Positions 16,915 through 28,946 of a stretch of DNA of 64,000 nucleotides are shown piece by piece. Every line of letters starts with the position of its first letter. Positions within the stretch are counted from its first letter, which is position 1. The notes under the pieces were generated by a model. The model was not told the DNA's origin. It ran no database searches and was given only the letters and a program-made list of their open reading frames with translations. Origin of the DNA: Scenedesmus sp. PABB004 (Eukaryota); NCBI GenBank assembly GCA_014905635.1, contig JABVCE010000007.1, positions 124,001 through 188,000 on the forward strand. The letters run 5' to 3'. Both the position numbers and the translations under genes were made by a program.

Positions 16915-19900
16915 ATGCAGCTGGCCGCGCGCACCGCCCCGGCGGGCGGCCTGGCCGCACGGAGGCGCATGCATGCCGGGGCGTGCGCTCCCGTGGCCGT
17001 GGCCGCGCTGGCGCCCGGGCGCGCCCTCGCGCCGGCGTCCCGGGCGTCCACCCTGGGCGCCGCACGCTGGGGGAGCTCGGCCCTGCCCTTCGCGGCCGCG
17101 CCCCTGCAGCAGCACCGGTGAGCAGCGGCGGGGCGCGCTGCGGCGCGCGCCGCCGCCGCGCACGCCCGCGCATTCGTCGCCCGCCCCGCCCCACGCGGCG
17201 TGCCCGGGACGCCGCGGGGTGTGGTCGCCGCCGCTGCCAGCAGCCCGCCGCCCACGCGCCCGCCCGCCCGCGCCCCGCCCCGCGCGCCGCAGCGCGCCCG
17301 CCGCGGCCTCGCCGCGCGCGCCTCGAGCGCGCCCGGCTCCGGCGGCAGCGGCAAGCGCATCACGCAGCAGGAGTTCACCGACAAGGCCTGGCAGGCGGTC
17401 GTGGCCGCGCCCGAGATCGCGACCGAGTACCAGCAGCAGGTCCGCCGGGGGCCTGCCGCGCCGCGCGACCCGCGCGCCGGCGCCGCCCCACGCCCCACGC
17501 CCCAGCGCGCGCGCCGCGAGCGCCGCACCCCCGGCCGCCCGCGCCCACGCGCCCACGCCGCCGCCGCGCCCGTCCGCCCCGTGCCCCCCGCCCCGCACGC
17601 GGGCAGATCGTTGAGAGCGAGCACCTGCTCAAGGCGCTGCTGGAGCAGCCCAACGGCCTCGCGCGCCGCATCATCAGCAAGGCCGGCAGCGACCCCACGC
17701 GCCTGCTGGACAAGGCCGACGCCTTCATCCGCCGCCAGCCCCGCGTCTCGGGCGACACCGCGCAGCAGGCGCGCGTCTCGCGCGCGCCGCCACGGCCGCC
17801 GCCGCCGGCGCCGCCTCCCTCGAGCGACGCCCCCCGCGCCAGCCTGCCTCCTCACACAACACGCGCGCACGCGCGCACGCGCACACGCGCAGGTGCTGGG
17901 GCGCAACCTGGAGGGCGTGGTGAACAACGCGATGTCGCTCAAGGCCAAGATGGGCGACGGCTTCGTCAGCGTGGAGCACCTCGTGCTCGCGCTCGCCGAG
18001 GACACGCGCTTCGGGGAGGCCCTGTTCAGGGCTGAGGGCCTCACGCGCGCCAAGCTCGACGAGGCGGTCAAGGAGGCGAGCAAGCGCGCTGCGCGCTGCG
18101 TGCTGCGACGCGCGCGCTGTGTGCTGCGTGCTGCGACGCGCGCCACGCGCGCCGCGCCGCTGCGCCCGCCTGCCTCCCCGCGCTGTGCGCCGCGCCTCTG
18201 CCCTCCTCCCCCCACACACACGCACACTCACCCACGCACTCTCCACTCCGCTCCCCTCCCGACCCGCGCCCCGTCGGCGGCGGCAGGTGCGTGGGAGCAA
18301 CAAGGTGGTCGACCAGGACCCCGAGGGCAAGTACGAGGCGCTGTCCAAGTACGCGCGCGACCTCACCGCCGCGGCGCGCGAGGGCAAGCTCGACCCCGTC
18401 ATCGGGCGCGACGACGAGATACGCCGCGCCATACAGGCGCGCACGGCCGCCCCCCGCGCGCGCCCGCGCGCGCGCCCGCCCGCGGCCCGCGGCGGCGGGG
18501 CTTGGGGGCGCTGTCGGGCGCAGGGCTGGGCGCTCGCGCGCGCCGCGCCGCCGCCGTCGGGCGCGCGCCGCGCCGCACACCTGGGCCCACCCACCCCGCC
18601 CGCGCCGCCCCGCCCGCCCTGCCGCAGATCCTGTCCCGCCGCACCAAGAACAACCCGGTGCTCATCGGGGAGCCCGGTGCGCGGCGCACGGCGGCGCGGC
18701 GCGGCGCGGGGCGGGGGTTGGGGCGCGGCGGCAGTGGCGGGCGGGGGCAGGGGGGCGGCGGCGGCGGCGCGCCATGCGGCGCGGCCCCGACTGACTGGCG
18801 CCCGCGGCGCAGGCGTGGGCAAGACTGCCGTCGCGGAGGGCCTGGCGCAGCGCATCGTCGCCGGGGACGTGCCCGAGGCGCTGCAGGTGCGGGACGCCGC
18901 ACGCCGCGCTGGGTGGCACCGCGCCGCACGCCGCGCCGCGCCGCGCCGCCAGGTGCAGCCGGGCGACGCCGGCCGACCCCGCCCACGCGCGGCGCCGCCG
19001 CGCCGGCCCTGCCTGCAGGGTCGCACGCTGATGGCGCTGGACATGGGCGCGCTCATCGCGGGCGCCAAGTACCGGGGAGAGTTTGAGGACCGGCTCAAGG
19101 TGCGGGCGGGGCTGGTGCAGCGCGGGCTGGTGCCGCGCGGGCTGGTGCAGCGGGCTGGTGCAGCGCGGGGCGCGCGCCCCTCCTCCCGCACGCGCCCCCA
19201 TGTGACCGCCCCCCCTCCCGCCCGCCCCCCCTCCCGCCCGCCCGCGCCCGCCCGCGCGCCAGGCTGTGCTGAAGGAGGTGTCCGACTCCAACGGCAAGAT
19301 CGTGCTCTTCATAGATGAGATCCACACAGGTGAGGCAGGAGGCAGGGTTTAGGGCGGCGGCGTGGGGCGCGGCGGCGTGGGGCACAGCACGCACAGCACG
19401 CGGCGCGGCGCGCGCCCCCAAACCCACGCCCGCTCACGCCGCCCCCGCCCCCGCCCCCGCCCGCGCGCGCGCAGTCGTGGGCGCGGGCGCGACGGGCGGC
19501 GCCATGGATGCTGGCAACCTGCTCAAGCCGCAGCTCGCGCGCGGCGAGCTGCGCTGCATCGGCGCGACCACGCTGGACGAGTACCGCAAGTACATTGAGA
19601 AGGACCCCGCGCTCGAGCGCCGCTTCCAGCAGGTGGGGGGGGGGGGGTGCACGCGCACGCACACACACGGGGCGTGTGTGTGTGCCGGACGTGTGTGTGT
19701 GTGTGTGTGCCGGACGTGTGGGGGGCGCGGCGGGGGGGACATGTGAGGTCGCCTGCTGCGTCTCGTGCCTGCCGACGCGCACCCACGCACGCGCACGCGC
19801 ACAAACACGCGCCCTCGCCCGCACCCGCGCCCGCCCGCGCAGGTGTACGTCGACCAGCCGAGCGTGTCGCAGACGGTCTCCATCCTGCGCGGCCTGCGCG

Positions 19901-22900
19901 AGCGCTACGAGGTGCACCACGGCGTGCGCATCAGCGACAGCGCGCTCGTGGAGGCCGCGGTGCTCAGCGACCGATACCTCGCCGACCGGTGACCGCCGCC
20001 GCACCCCGCGCGCGCTGGTGCCGCCGCGCCGCCGCCGCGCAGCCTCGGCGGCGTCAGCCCCCGCTGGCCGACCCGGCTCCTGGCCCCGCTCCCCCCCCCC
20101 CCCCCCCCCGCCCGCAGGTTCCTGCCGGATAAGGCCATCGACCTGGTGGACGAGGCGGCGGCCAAGCTCAAGATGGAGATCACCAGCAAGCCAGAGGTGC
20201 GGGCGGCCCGGGGGGGGGGGGGGGGGGGGCGCGGGCGTGGCGGCGTGGGCGTGGGCGTGGCGGCCGCACCGCCGGGGCGCAGCGCGCGCTCTGCTCCTCT
20301 CTCTTGCAGCGCCGCCGGCCGCGGCGCCTGGCGCTCACCTCACCCCTCCCCACCTCCCCCCCCCCCCTCTCTCCCAGGCGCTGGATGAGATTGACCGCAA
20401 GGTGCTGCAGCTCGAGATGGAGCGACTCTCACTCGGCAAGGTGGGGGGGGGGTGGCGTGTGGGTGGGCTGGGGGCGTGGGCGTGGGCTGGGGGTGTGGGT
20501 GTGAGGGCCTGCAGCACGGGGGCGCGGCGGCAGCGCAGGCGCGCGCGCGCGCTCACGCGCTCACGCCGCCGCGGCCCGCCGCGCAGGCTGCGCCGAGCGA
20601 CCGCGCCGCCGCGGCGCGGCTGGCGGGGCTGGACAGCGAGCTGGCCAAGCTCAAGGCGGACCAGGGGCGCATCACGGAGCAGTGGCGGGTGGAGAAGGAC
20701 GAGATGGGCCGCCTGCAGGTGGGGGGGTGGGGGGGGTGCTGTGTGTGTGTGTGGGGGGGGGTGCTGGCTGCAGCGGCACACGGCAGCGGTGCTGCGGAGC
20801 CTGCTGAGCTCCCCCCCTCCTTCCCTCACCCCCGCAGGACATCAAGGAGGAGATCAACCGCGTGACGCTGGAGGTGGCGCAGGCGGAGCGCGACTACGAC
20901 CTCAACCGGTGCGTGTGTGTGTGTGTGTTATGTGTGTGTGTGGGGGGGGGGATGTGTGTTGTGTGTGTGTGTGGTGTGTGTGTGGGGGGGGGGGGGGGCT
21001 GTGGGGGCGGTTGTGAGGGGCCTGGGCAGCAGGCGCCCAGGGGCTGCTGGGGCGACCGTGCCGCGCTCCCAGCCAGCACCCTCGCACCAGCAGCCCCTGG
21101 GCGCGTGCCGCCCCCCCCCTCCTGCCCTGCCCTCCCCACCCCGCCACGCCGGGCGCGCGGCGCGGCGCGCCGCCGCCTCCCTGCCCTGCCCACCCCGCCC
21201 TGCGCGCCCGCCCGCTGACCGCCACCGCTCGCGCCCTCACCCCCCCCCCCCAAAAAAACCCTGCAGCGCGGCGGAGCTCAAGTACGGGACGCTGATGGAG
21301 CTGCAGAAGCAGCTGCGCGGCGCCGAGGCGGCGCTCGCGGCGCGCGGGGGCGGGGCGCGCATGCTCAAGGAGGAGGTGACGGAGGCGGACATTGCCGAGG
21401 TCATCAGCAAGTGGACCGGTGAGGTTTCATTGGGGGGGGTGGTGTGTGTGTGTGGTGGTGGTGGGGGGGGGGGGGGGGGGGGGGGGGCGTGAGCGGGCGG
21501 GCTGAGGGGGCTGTGTGTGCAGGGCAGCAGCAGCCGCGTCTGCGAGGCGAGGCGGCGCCCGACCCGCCGCCCGCTCACACCCGCCCTCGCGCCGCGCCAC
21601 GCACCCACCCGCCAGGCATCCCAGTGGCCAAGCTGGTGGAGAGCGAGCGCGCCAAGCTGCTGCACCTGCCCCAGGAGCTGCACAAGCGCGTGGTGGGGCA
21701 GGACGACGCGGTCGAGGCGGTCGCAGACGCCATACAGCGCTCACGGTGACGCTCGCGCTGCCGCCGCCGCGCCGCCGTCGGCTGGGGCTCACCGCCCGCC
21801 TGCTGCGCGCCGCGCGCGGCGCGCGCGCGCCCTCCCCGCCGCCCCTGACGCCACACTCTCCCCCCTCCCTCTGCCCTGCCCTGTCCCTAAACCCTGCACC
21901 CCGGCGCGCAGCGCGGGCCTGGCCGACCCGAACCGCCCGATCGCGAGCTTCATGTTCCTGGGCCCCACCGGCGTGGGCAAGACGGAGCTGGCCAAGGCGC
22001 TGGCGGGGTTCCTCTTCAACACAGAGGATGCCATGGTGCGTGTGTGTGTGTGTGTGTGGGGGGGGGGGACGGTGTGCGCGCGCGTGCGTGTGTGGAGGGG
22101 AGGGGGCGATGTGGGAGCGGGGCCGCAAAGGCCCGCCGCCGCCGGCGCGGCGCGCCCGCCCCGCGCCCCGCTCGCCCCGCGCCCTAAACCCCGCCGCCCC
22201 CCTGCCCCCCCCTAAACCCCAGGTGCGCATCGACATGAGCGAGTACATGGAGAAGCACAGCGTGAGCCGCCTCATCGGCGCGCCGCCCGGCTACGTCGGC
22301 TACGATGAGGGCGGCCAGCTCACAGAGGCGGTGCGACGCGCACCGCACCGCACCGCACCGCCGCCGCGCCGCGCCGCGCTGCCCCCGCGCTGCCCCCGCG
22401 CTCGCCCCGCGCTCGCCGCGCCGCCGCTGCTGCTCGGCCGTCGTCTGACGCCCGACCCGCCACCACCGTCACCCCCCCCCCCCCCCCAAGGTGCGGCGCC
22501 GGCCGTACGCGGTGATTCTGTTTGATGAGGTCGAGAAGGCCCACGCAGACGTGTTCAACGTGCTGCTCCAGGCACGGCACAGCGCGCGCACAGCGCGCAC
22601 AGCGCGCACAGCGCACAGCGCGCAGCCCCGCGCCCGCGCCGCCGCGCCGCCGAGAGTGTCGCCGCCGGCGCTCACGCCCGCACCCCCACGCTCCCCCCCT
22701 CCCCCAACCCCACACCCACGTGCACACAAATGCGCAGGTGCTGGACGACGGGCGTGTGACCGACAGCCAGGGGCGCGTGGTGAGCTTCAAGAACACCATC
22801 ATCATCCTCACCAGCAACCTCGGCTCCGCGAGCGTGATGGAGGCGCTCGGCGACAAGGACGCCGCGCGCGAGAGCGTCATGGCCGCCGTGCGGGGGCACT

Positions 22901-23677
22901 TCAGGCGCGGCGGCGCGCGCGCGCTGGCGGCGCGCGGGGCGCACGCGCTGGCGCCGCGCGCACCTCCTCCCCCGCACCTCCCTCACACGCCCCCTCCCTC
23001 ACACCCACACACCCACACCCACACCCACCCCCGCGCAGGCCAGAGTTCATCAACCGCATCGATGAGTTCATCAGCTTCGACCCCCTCGAGCTCGACCAGA
23101 TCAAGGCCATTGTGCGGCTCCAGGTGACGCCGCGGCGACACGGCGCACGGCGCACGGCACGCGGCGCGCGGCGCACAGCGCGCGGCTGCAGGGGCGCCTG
23201 CCGGACGCTCCTCCTCCGCGCTTCCCCCCGCCCCCCTCGCCGCCTGCGGGCCCGCCCGCACGCCACCTCACCCCCGCGCCACCTCCCCCACCCACCTCAC
23301 CCCCCGCCACCTCACCCCCCCCCCCGCCACCCACACACACACGCGCGCGCGCGCGCACACGCGCGCAGGTCAAGCGCGTCGCGGAGCGGCTGGAGGACAA
23401 GAAGATGCGCCTCGTGCTGAGCGAGGCGGCGATCGACCACCTGGCCGCGGTGGGGTACGACCCCGTGTACGGCGCGCGCCCGGTCAAGCGCGCGGTGCAG
23501 CGCGAGCTCGAGACCGGGCTCGCCAAGGCGCTGCTGCGCGGCGAGTTTGAGGAGGAGGACACCATCCTGGTCGAGCCCGCGCCGGGGGGCGGGCTGTCGT
23601 TCGAGCGCGGGCCCAAGGCCGACGCGGTCGGCGCGCCCGCCGGCGACGGCTACGCGCTCGCGGGCAGCCGCGGCTGA
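16915..23677 (+). CDS. CLPB3: Chaperone ClpB/Hsp100, probably plastid-targeted (ClpB3-like); 23 exons
   Basis: Ala/Arg/Ser-rich transit-like N-terminus, then [28 protein letters not shown], Walker A GEPGVGKT, LFIDEIH, coiled-coil middle domain (AAELKYG), second Walker [37 protein letters not shown] and [13 protein letters not shown]. Confidence 0.97.
19633..23367 (+). repeat. Intronic (GT)n/(CA)n microsatellites and long poly-G/poly-C runs in ClpB introns
   Basis: Examples are the G run at ~20209-20229, (GT)n at 20909-20983 and C runs at ~20091-20109 and ~21240-21251. They are concentrated in this part of the window. Confidence 0.8.
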
Positions 23678-24163
23678 GCGCGAGCGGCGCCGCCGCCGGC
23701 GCGCCGCTGAGGCGGGAGGGGGCCGCAGCACCTTGTACATGTGTTCTTGCACCGGGCCGGAGGCAGCTGTGCAGCGTGTGTTGTGGGTTGCAGGGACTTC
23801 CGCTCGACATGTTGGACTGCAGCACGCATCGCAGTCTCACGGCGGGGCCGGCAGCAGCCGGCGTGTCGCACGAGCCCCGCTGAAAGAGGCTGGGCGCAGT
23901 GGGCGGGCTGAGGCAACGGCAGCAGCACTTTTCCTGGACGCCGTGAGCCGCCGGCGCTGAACCCTCGAGGGTCATCTGTGCCACCAGCCGCCGCTCTTGC
24001 CAGCGCCGCCGCCGCCCACCCCTGCCTCGCCCGCCTCCGCGTCCATTCCCGTCGCTGCTGCCGCGCCAGGGCGACCTCCAGGCCCGCGCCCAGGCTGCCC
24101 CCACACACCGCCGCGCGCGCCGCCGAGCTCTCAGCAGCGCCGCGCCGCGCCGCCGCCGCCCCC

Positions 24164-25100
24164 ATGCGCGCCCTGGCGGCCCGCCCCGTGGCAGGGGCGC
24201 CGCTGGGGCGCCCCGCTGGACGCCTCGGCGCCGCGTGCCGCGTGGCGCCGTCGAGGCGGCGCGTGGTGCCGCGCGCGCAGCAGGTGTGTGGCGGCGCGCG
24301 GTGACGCCGGCAGGCCCCGCACGGGCCGTGCAACGGCTGCCGGCAGGCCGCGCGGCCAGTGGAGCTGCCGCCGCCGCCGTCCCGCCCCGGCCGCCGTCCA
24401 GGCGGCGGCGCTGGAGGTGCACCACGTGCACGAACGCTTGCCGCTGAGCTCTGTCGCGCTCGGCGACGGCGATTCGTACGCCGTCAGCTACGAGGACGGC
24501 CGCTTGGGCTGGAATGGGATCTCGGACGAGCTGTGGGACGTGCTCAAGCGGACGGAGCGCTACAAGCGGCCGGTCGCGCACATCGCCCTGGGCCGTGACG
24601 ATGGCAGTGACACCTACGCCGAGTCGCTGAGCGCAGGTGACGTGTATTTCATGCGGCGAGAGACAGGCACCACCTACCTGGGTACCGGCTGCGAAGAACA
24701 GCTTTGCGACTGCTGGTGGGAGGGCGAGGGTGACGACCGCGTCGTGCGCGTCGCGTTTGCGCCGAGCAACGGCTGGTGCGCGTTCAAGCGCAGCGGGGCG
24801 ACCTGGTGCGGCCTGCCACCCTCGCTGCGGCAGGAGCTTGACGAGCACTGGGAGGAGCGCGGCGGCGTGGCGGCGCTGTCGGTGGGCCACAACGGCGAGT
24901 GGTTTGTCAAGTACAACAACGGAGAGAGCTGGTGGCTCGGCGTGCACCCTACCCTGGACAGGCTGCTCGAGGAGAGCGCTGACCTGACCGGCGGCGTCGA
25001 GTGGGTGGAGCTGGGCCCCGACGGCACCTTCGTGGCGCTGTTTGCCCGCTACACCGCGTGGCGCGGCGGCGAGGACCTGACCAGCGCGCTGCTGGTGTGA
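24164..25100 (+). CDS. Uncharacterised five-repeat protein with a predicted plastid transit peptide; 2 exons
   Basis: Exon 1 (24164-24283) encodes MRALAARPVAGAPLGRPAGRLGAACRVAPSRRRVVPRAQQ. A GT-AG intron spans 24284-24401. Exon 2 has 5 repeats of V..valG..g.w.v.y..G...W.g.p..L...l. Confidence 0.75.
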
Positions 25101-25285
25101 CGCAGCCAGCCTGTTGGTGCGGCGGCGCCTGGAGCGCGGCGACGCGCGGCGCCCGGGCGGCGGCGGCTGAGGTGGCGGCTGAGACGGCTGAGGCGGCTAG
25201 GCTCGGCCGGGAGCTGATCGGCAGAGTTGGCAACGACAAGCCCACGCGCGCGCCTCGCGCGCACCGCGCCGCAGCCGCTGCCCGG

Positions 25286-27392
25286 TCACCGCCCCGCAGA
25301 CGCAGCCGCCGCGGCCGCGCGCTGGCCGGTGGTCAGCGTGTCGGCGCGCGTGCGCGACGCGGGCTGCGCCGCCGCGAGCGCGGCGCGCGCGTAGCCGCGC
25401 GCCGGCCCCGCGAGCAGCCCCGCCCGGCCCAGCGCCTCGGCCAGCCGGAAGCGCGGGTCTGCCGCAACCTCCGCGGCGGTCCAGCCGTGCACGGGCCGGA
25501 ACGCGGCGCCCGCCGCCTCTGCTGCCGCCGCCGCTCCGCCGGCTGCTGCTGCCGCGCTGCTGCTGGTCGGCTTCAGCAGGCGCGCGGGGTCGTGCGGCGC
25601 CTGCGGCGCGAGCGCCGCCGAGATGGAGGCCAGCCGCGCCTGGCGCGCGGCGAGCGCGGCCTGGCGCCCACGCTGCGCCACCAGTTGCGCGCGCTGCTGC
25701 TCCTCCGCGGCCGCCTGCCGCGCGGCCACGGCGGGCGCCGCCGCGGCGACCTCCGCCTCAGCTGCTGCGCGCGCCGCCGCAGCGGCCGCGCCCGCCGCCT
25801 GCCGCGCCTGCTCCGCCTGCTCCTGCAGGTGCTGCTTGTACTCCTGCACGCGCCCCCGCTGTGCCGCGTGCGCCTGCTCCCACTCTGCCCGTGCGGCCGC
25901 GGCGCGCGCGGCGGCCGCCTGCGCCGCAGCGTCACGCTGCGCCGCCAGCTCCTGCGGTGCGCGGCCGTGGGGCCCGGCGCGTCAGCCCTGGCTCGCCCAG
26001 CGGCCAGCGCCGCTGTGCCTCCCCCCAGGCTCACCTGGTCGGCCGCCGCTCGGGCCTGCTGCAGGCCGTCGAGGCGGGCGTGGAGGCTCGATCCCGCCGC
26101 CGCCCAGGCCAGGGCCGCCGCCGCCGCCTCCGCGCCCGCCGCCGCAGCGGCCGCCGCCTCGCCCAGCATGCGGCCAGAGTCTGCCAGGAACGCGCCCCGC
26201 TGCCGCCGCCAGGCCGCGTTGACGTCCGCGGCGCGGCGCTGGCGCAGGCAGGCCGCGGTGTGCCTGGCGGCCGGGCGGGCGGCGGTGGGCGCGCGCGACG
26301 GCGCGCGTGTGGTCCGTGCGCGGCTCGGCCGGCCTGCCGCCGCGTCTGTCGCGACGCCCACGCCCGGCCGCCTCACCACGCCTCGTGCGCCTCCAGCTCG
26401 CGCAGCGGCCTGCCGGGCATCATCAGCGCCAGGCGCTCGAGCACCGCGCCACGCGCGCAGCCGCCGCGCGCGCCTGCGCCTGCGCCGAACGCCAGGCGCC
26501 GCAGGCGCACGAACAGCGCGTGCTCGTCCGCTGGCCAGCCGCCGTGTCGGTCGCCGCCGTGTCGGTCGCCGCCGCAGCCGTCGGGCGGGTCCGCCAGCTG
26601 CTGCTGGCGCTCCGCGTGCTGCCGCGCCAGCGCCGCAAACGCGTCGCGCACCTGCTGCCGCAGCTCGGCCGGCGCGAGCGGGTGCGCCGCGAGCAGCTGC
26701 TCCAGCTGCGCGTCCGCCGCGGCGCGGCCGTCGTCCGCGCGCCCGCCGTCGCTCGCGCGCGGGCTGCCCGGATCCGCGCCGCTGGCGCCGCCCGCCCGGC
26801 CGACGGCCGTCGCCGCCGCGTCGTCGTCGGCGCTGGCGCTGCTGCTCGACCGGCAGCGCAGGCTCGCGCTGCGGCTCGGCGCGCCGCGTGATGCTGGCAC
26901 ATCGGCCGCCAGCTCCTCCGCCTGGGCCGCGAGCTGCGCTGCCTGCTCGTCCAGGTCGGCGCGCAGCCAGGCCAGCTCCTGCCGGAGCGAGGCAAGCGCG
27001 TCGTCGTCGCCGCCCGGGCCGGCGTCAGAGCCGCGGAGGCCAGCGCAGCGAACGAGGTGCGCCAGCTCCTGCACTTGCGCCAGCAGCGACAGCCGCTCGC
27101 TCTGCGCAGCCTCAGCTCTCGCAAAGCTCTCCTCCAGCAGCTGCGCTACGAAATTATCTACCGCATCGAGCCCCGGCGAGCGCGAGAGCGCCGCGAGCGC
27201 CGCGCGCGCTCGCCGCTGCTGCGCCTCGCCCTCCTCCGCGAGCTGCTTGTGCGCGGCTGCCCAGGCCGCGCGGGAGGCCGTCTCTCGCCCGCGGGCGCGC
27301 TGGGCGGCGACCGCGGCCTCGAGCCGGTCCGCGAGCTCGAGCAGCGGCACGCGAGATCCGCCGCCGCGCGGGCCGCGGCGCGGCGCCGGCAT
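25286..27392 (-). CDS. CCDC148: Coiled-coil domain-containing protein 148-like; 3 exons
   Basis: GGWPADEHALF..LERLALMMPGRPLRELEAHEAW and the C-terminal DPARLLKPT...GWTAAEVAADPRFRLAEALGRAGL...YAR match the remembered CCDC148 C-terminal motif (DPR.R.E.ALR.AGL...YA). Confidence 0.7.
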
Positions 27393-27645
27393 CTGACGGC
27401 TGCGGTTGATCAGGGAGTCGCGCCTCCGTCGCGGCGGGGGGTGAGGGACGCGGGAGGGCTGCCCGGCGGGTTCTCAGGGCGGCGTGGCGCGTTTGACCGC
27501 GTTTGACCGGCCGACAGCTCGCACGTTTTACGGTCCGTCCCCGCCGCACCAGCCCGCAGCTGCCCCGGCGGCCGCCGCCGTAGTACGCCTCGCCCCGCCG
27601 GCACGCCCCCCGCCCCGCCGGCGTGCGCGCGGCGCGCCGCCGGCC

Positions 27646-28562
27646 CTAGTGCGCGGCGGGCTTCTTGTCGATGACGACCGGCCCCGTGGGCTTGATGTCG
27701 CCCACGAGCGCGGGGACCATGGCCGACAGGAACTCGGTCACCACCATCGCGCCTGCGCGCCCGGGCGCGCAGCGAGAGGGCCGTGAGCGCGCGTGGGCGG
27801 CGGGGGCGGCGGGCGCGGGCAGCGCTGCTGCTGCTGCGACTCCCGCCGCCGCGGCTTCTCCTGCCGCCGCGCCCGCGCCGCGCCGCGCGCGCCGCCGCAC
27901 CCGCGAAGAGCGCGCTGTACTTGAGCGCGTTTGGCGCGCTGTTGGTCTTGAGCCCCAGCACGCAGCCCGCCGCGGCACCGCCGACGATGCCGCTGAGCAC
28001 GTCGCGGCGGCCGAGGTACCGCCGCGTCTCGCACTCGGCCGCGGCGTACGCAAAGCCGCACGCCGCAAACGTGGCCATCGGGTTAGCGAGCAGCCGCGCC
28101 GTGAGCTTGACGTTCTGCCAGCGCTGCATCTTCTGCGCGAGCGTCAGGTCCTGCGGTGCGCGCGGGGCCCCACGGGGGAGGGGGGAGGGGGGAGGGGGAG
28201 GGGGTGGGGCGGCCGCACGCGTCGGCGCCGGCGGCGCCCCGCTGCAGGCGCCGCTGCTGCTCTGCCCCGCCGCGCCGCCGCTGCTCTGCGCCCGCGCCGC
28301 ACCTTGAGGGTCACGTGCGCGCGGAAGAAACCGACCGGCACCCCCGCCGCGCCCAGCGCCATGGCGGTGGTGGTGGCGCTCGACAGGCAGTCGCCGCCGC
28401 CCTGCACGGCGCGGCGTGGCGCGGCGCGGCGCGCGCGTGAGCAGCGGCGCGTGAGCAGCGGCGCCGCTGCCGCGCCGCGCGGGCGCCGCGCCGCGGCCCC
28501 GACGCGCGTGCCCGGCTGCCGGCGCGCATCAAGGCTGCGGGGCGCGCCCTGGCGCGCACCAT
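27646..28562 (-). CDS. Tim17/Tim22/Tim23 (PRAT) family membrane protein, B14.7/NDUFA11 or OEP16-3-like; 4 exons
   Basis: M|GGGDCLSSATTTAMALGAAGVPVGFF..NPMATFAACGFAYAAAECETRRYLGRRDVLSGIVGGAAAGCVLGLKTNS contains the PRAT motif F...g..y...Ec......r..D..n..igG..aG..lG. Confidence 0.8.
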
Positions 28563-28946
28563 GGCTGCTCCTGCGCGCTGCCCGGGCGCCGCGTGCGCCG
28601 AGATCCGCCTCGCGCGCCGAGCTCAGGCGCCCGTCGCCCAATCCGCTGCGCCGGGCGGCCCCTGAGATGACACGCGGCTGCCCCCCGCTGCAATGGGACC
28701 GGCAGGCACGGACCGGCCGCGGCAGCAGCGACCGGCAGCAGTCGGGCCCGGACGTCGCGCGTGGAGCGCCGCGGGCTGCGTGCGGGCGTCGAAGGTGCGG
28801 CGTGTGCACGACTCTGCGCTGGGCACGAGCCGGGAGCCCCTGGAGCAGCGGGAGCGCCGGGCGGGGTTGGGGCTCGGCCTTCGCGGCCTCCTGGGCCTTG
28901 CCCGCCCATCTCCCGGACCACTGCGCCTGCAGGCGACGCCGCCACC

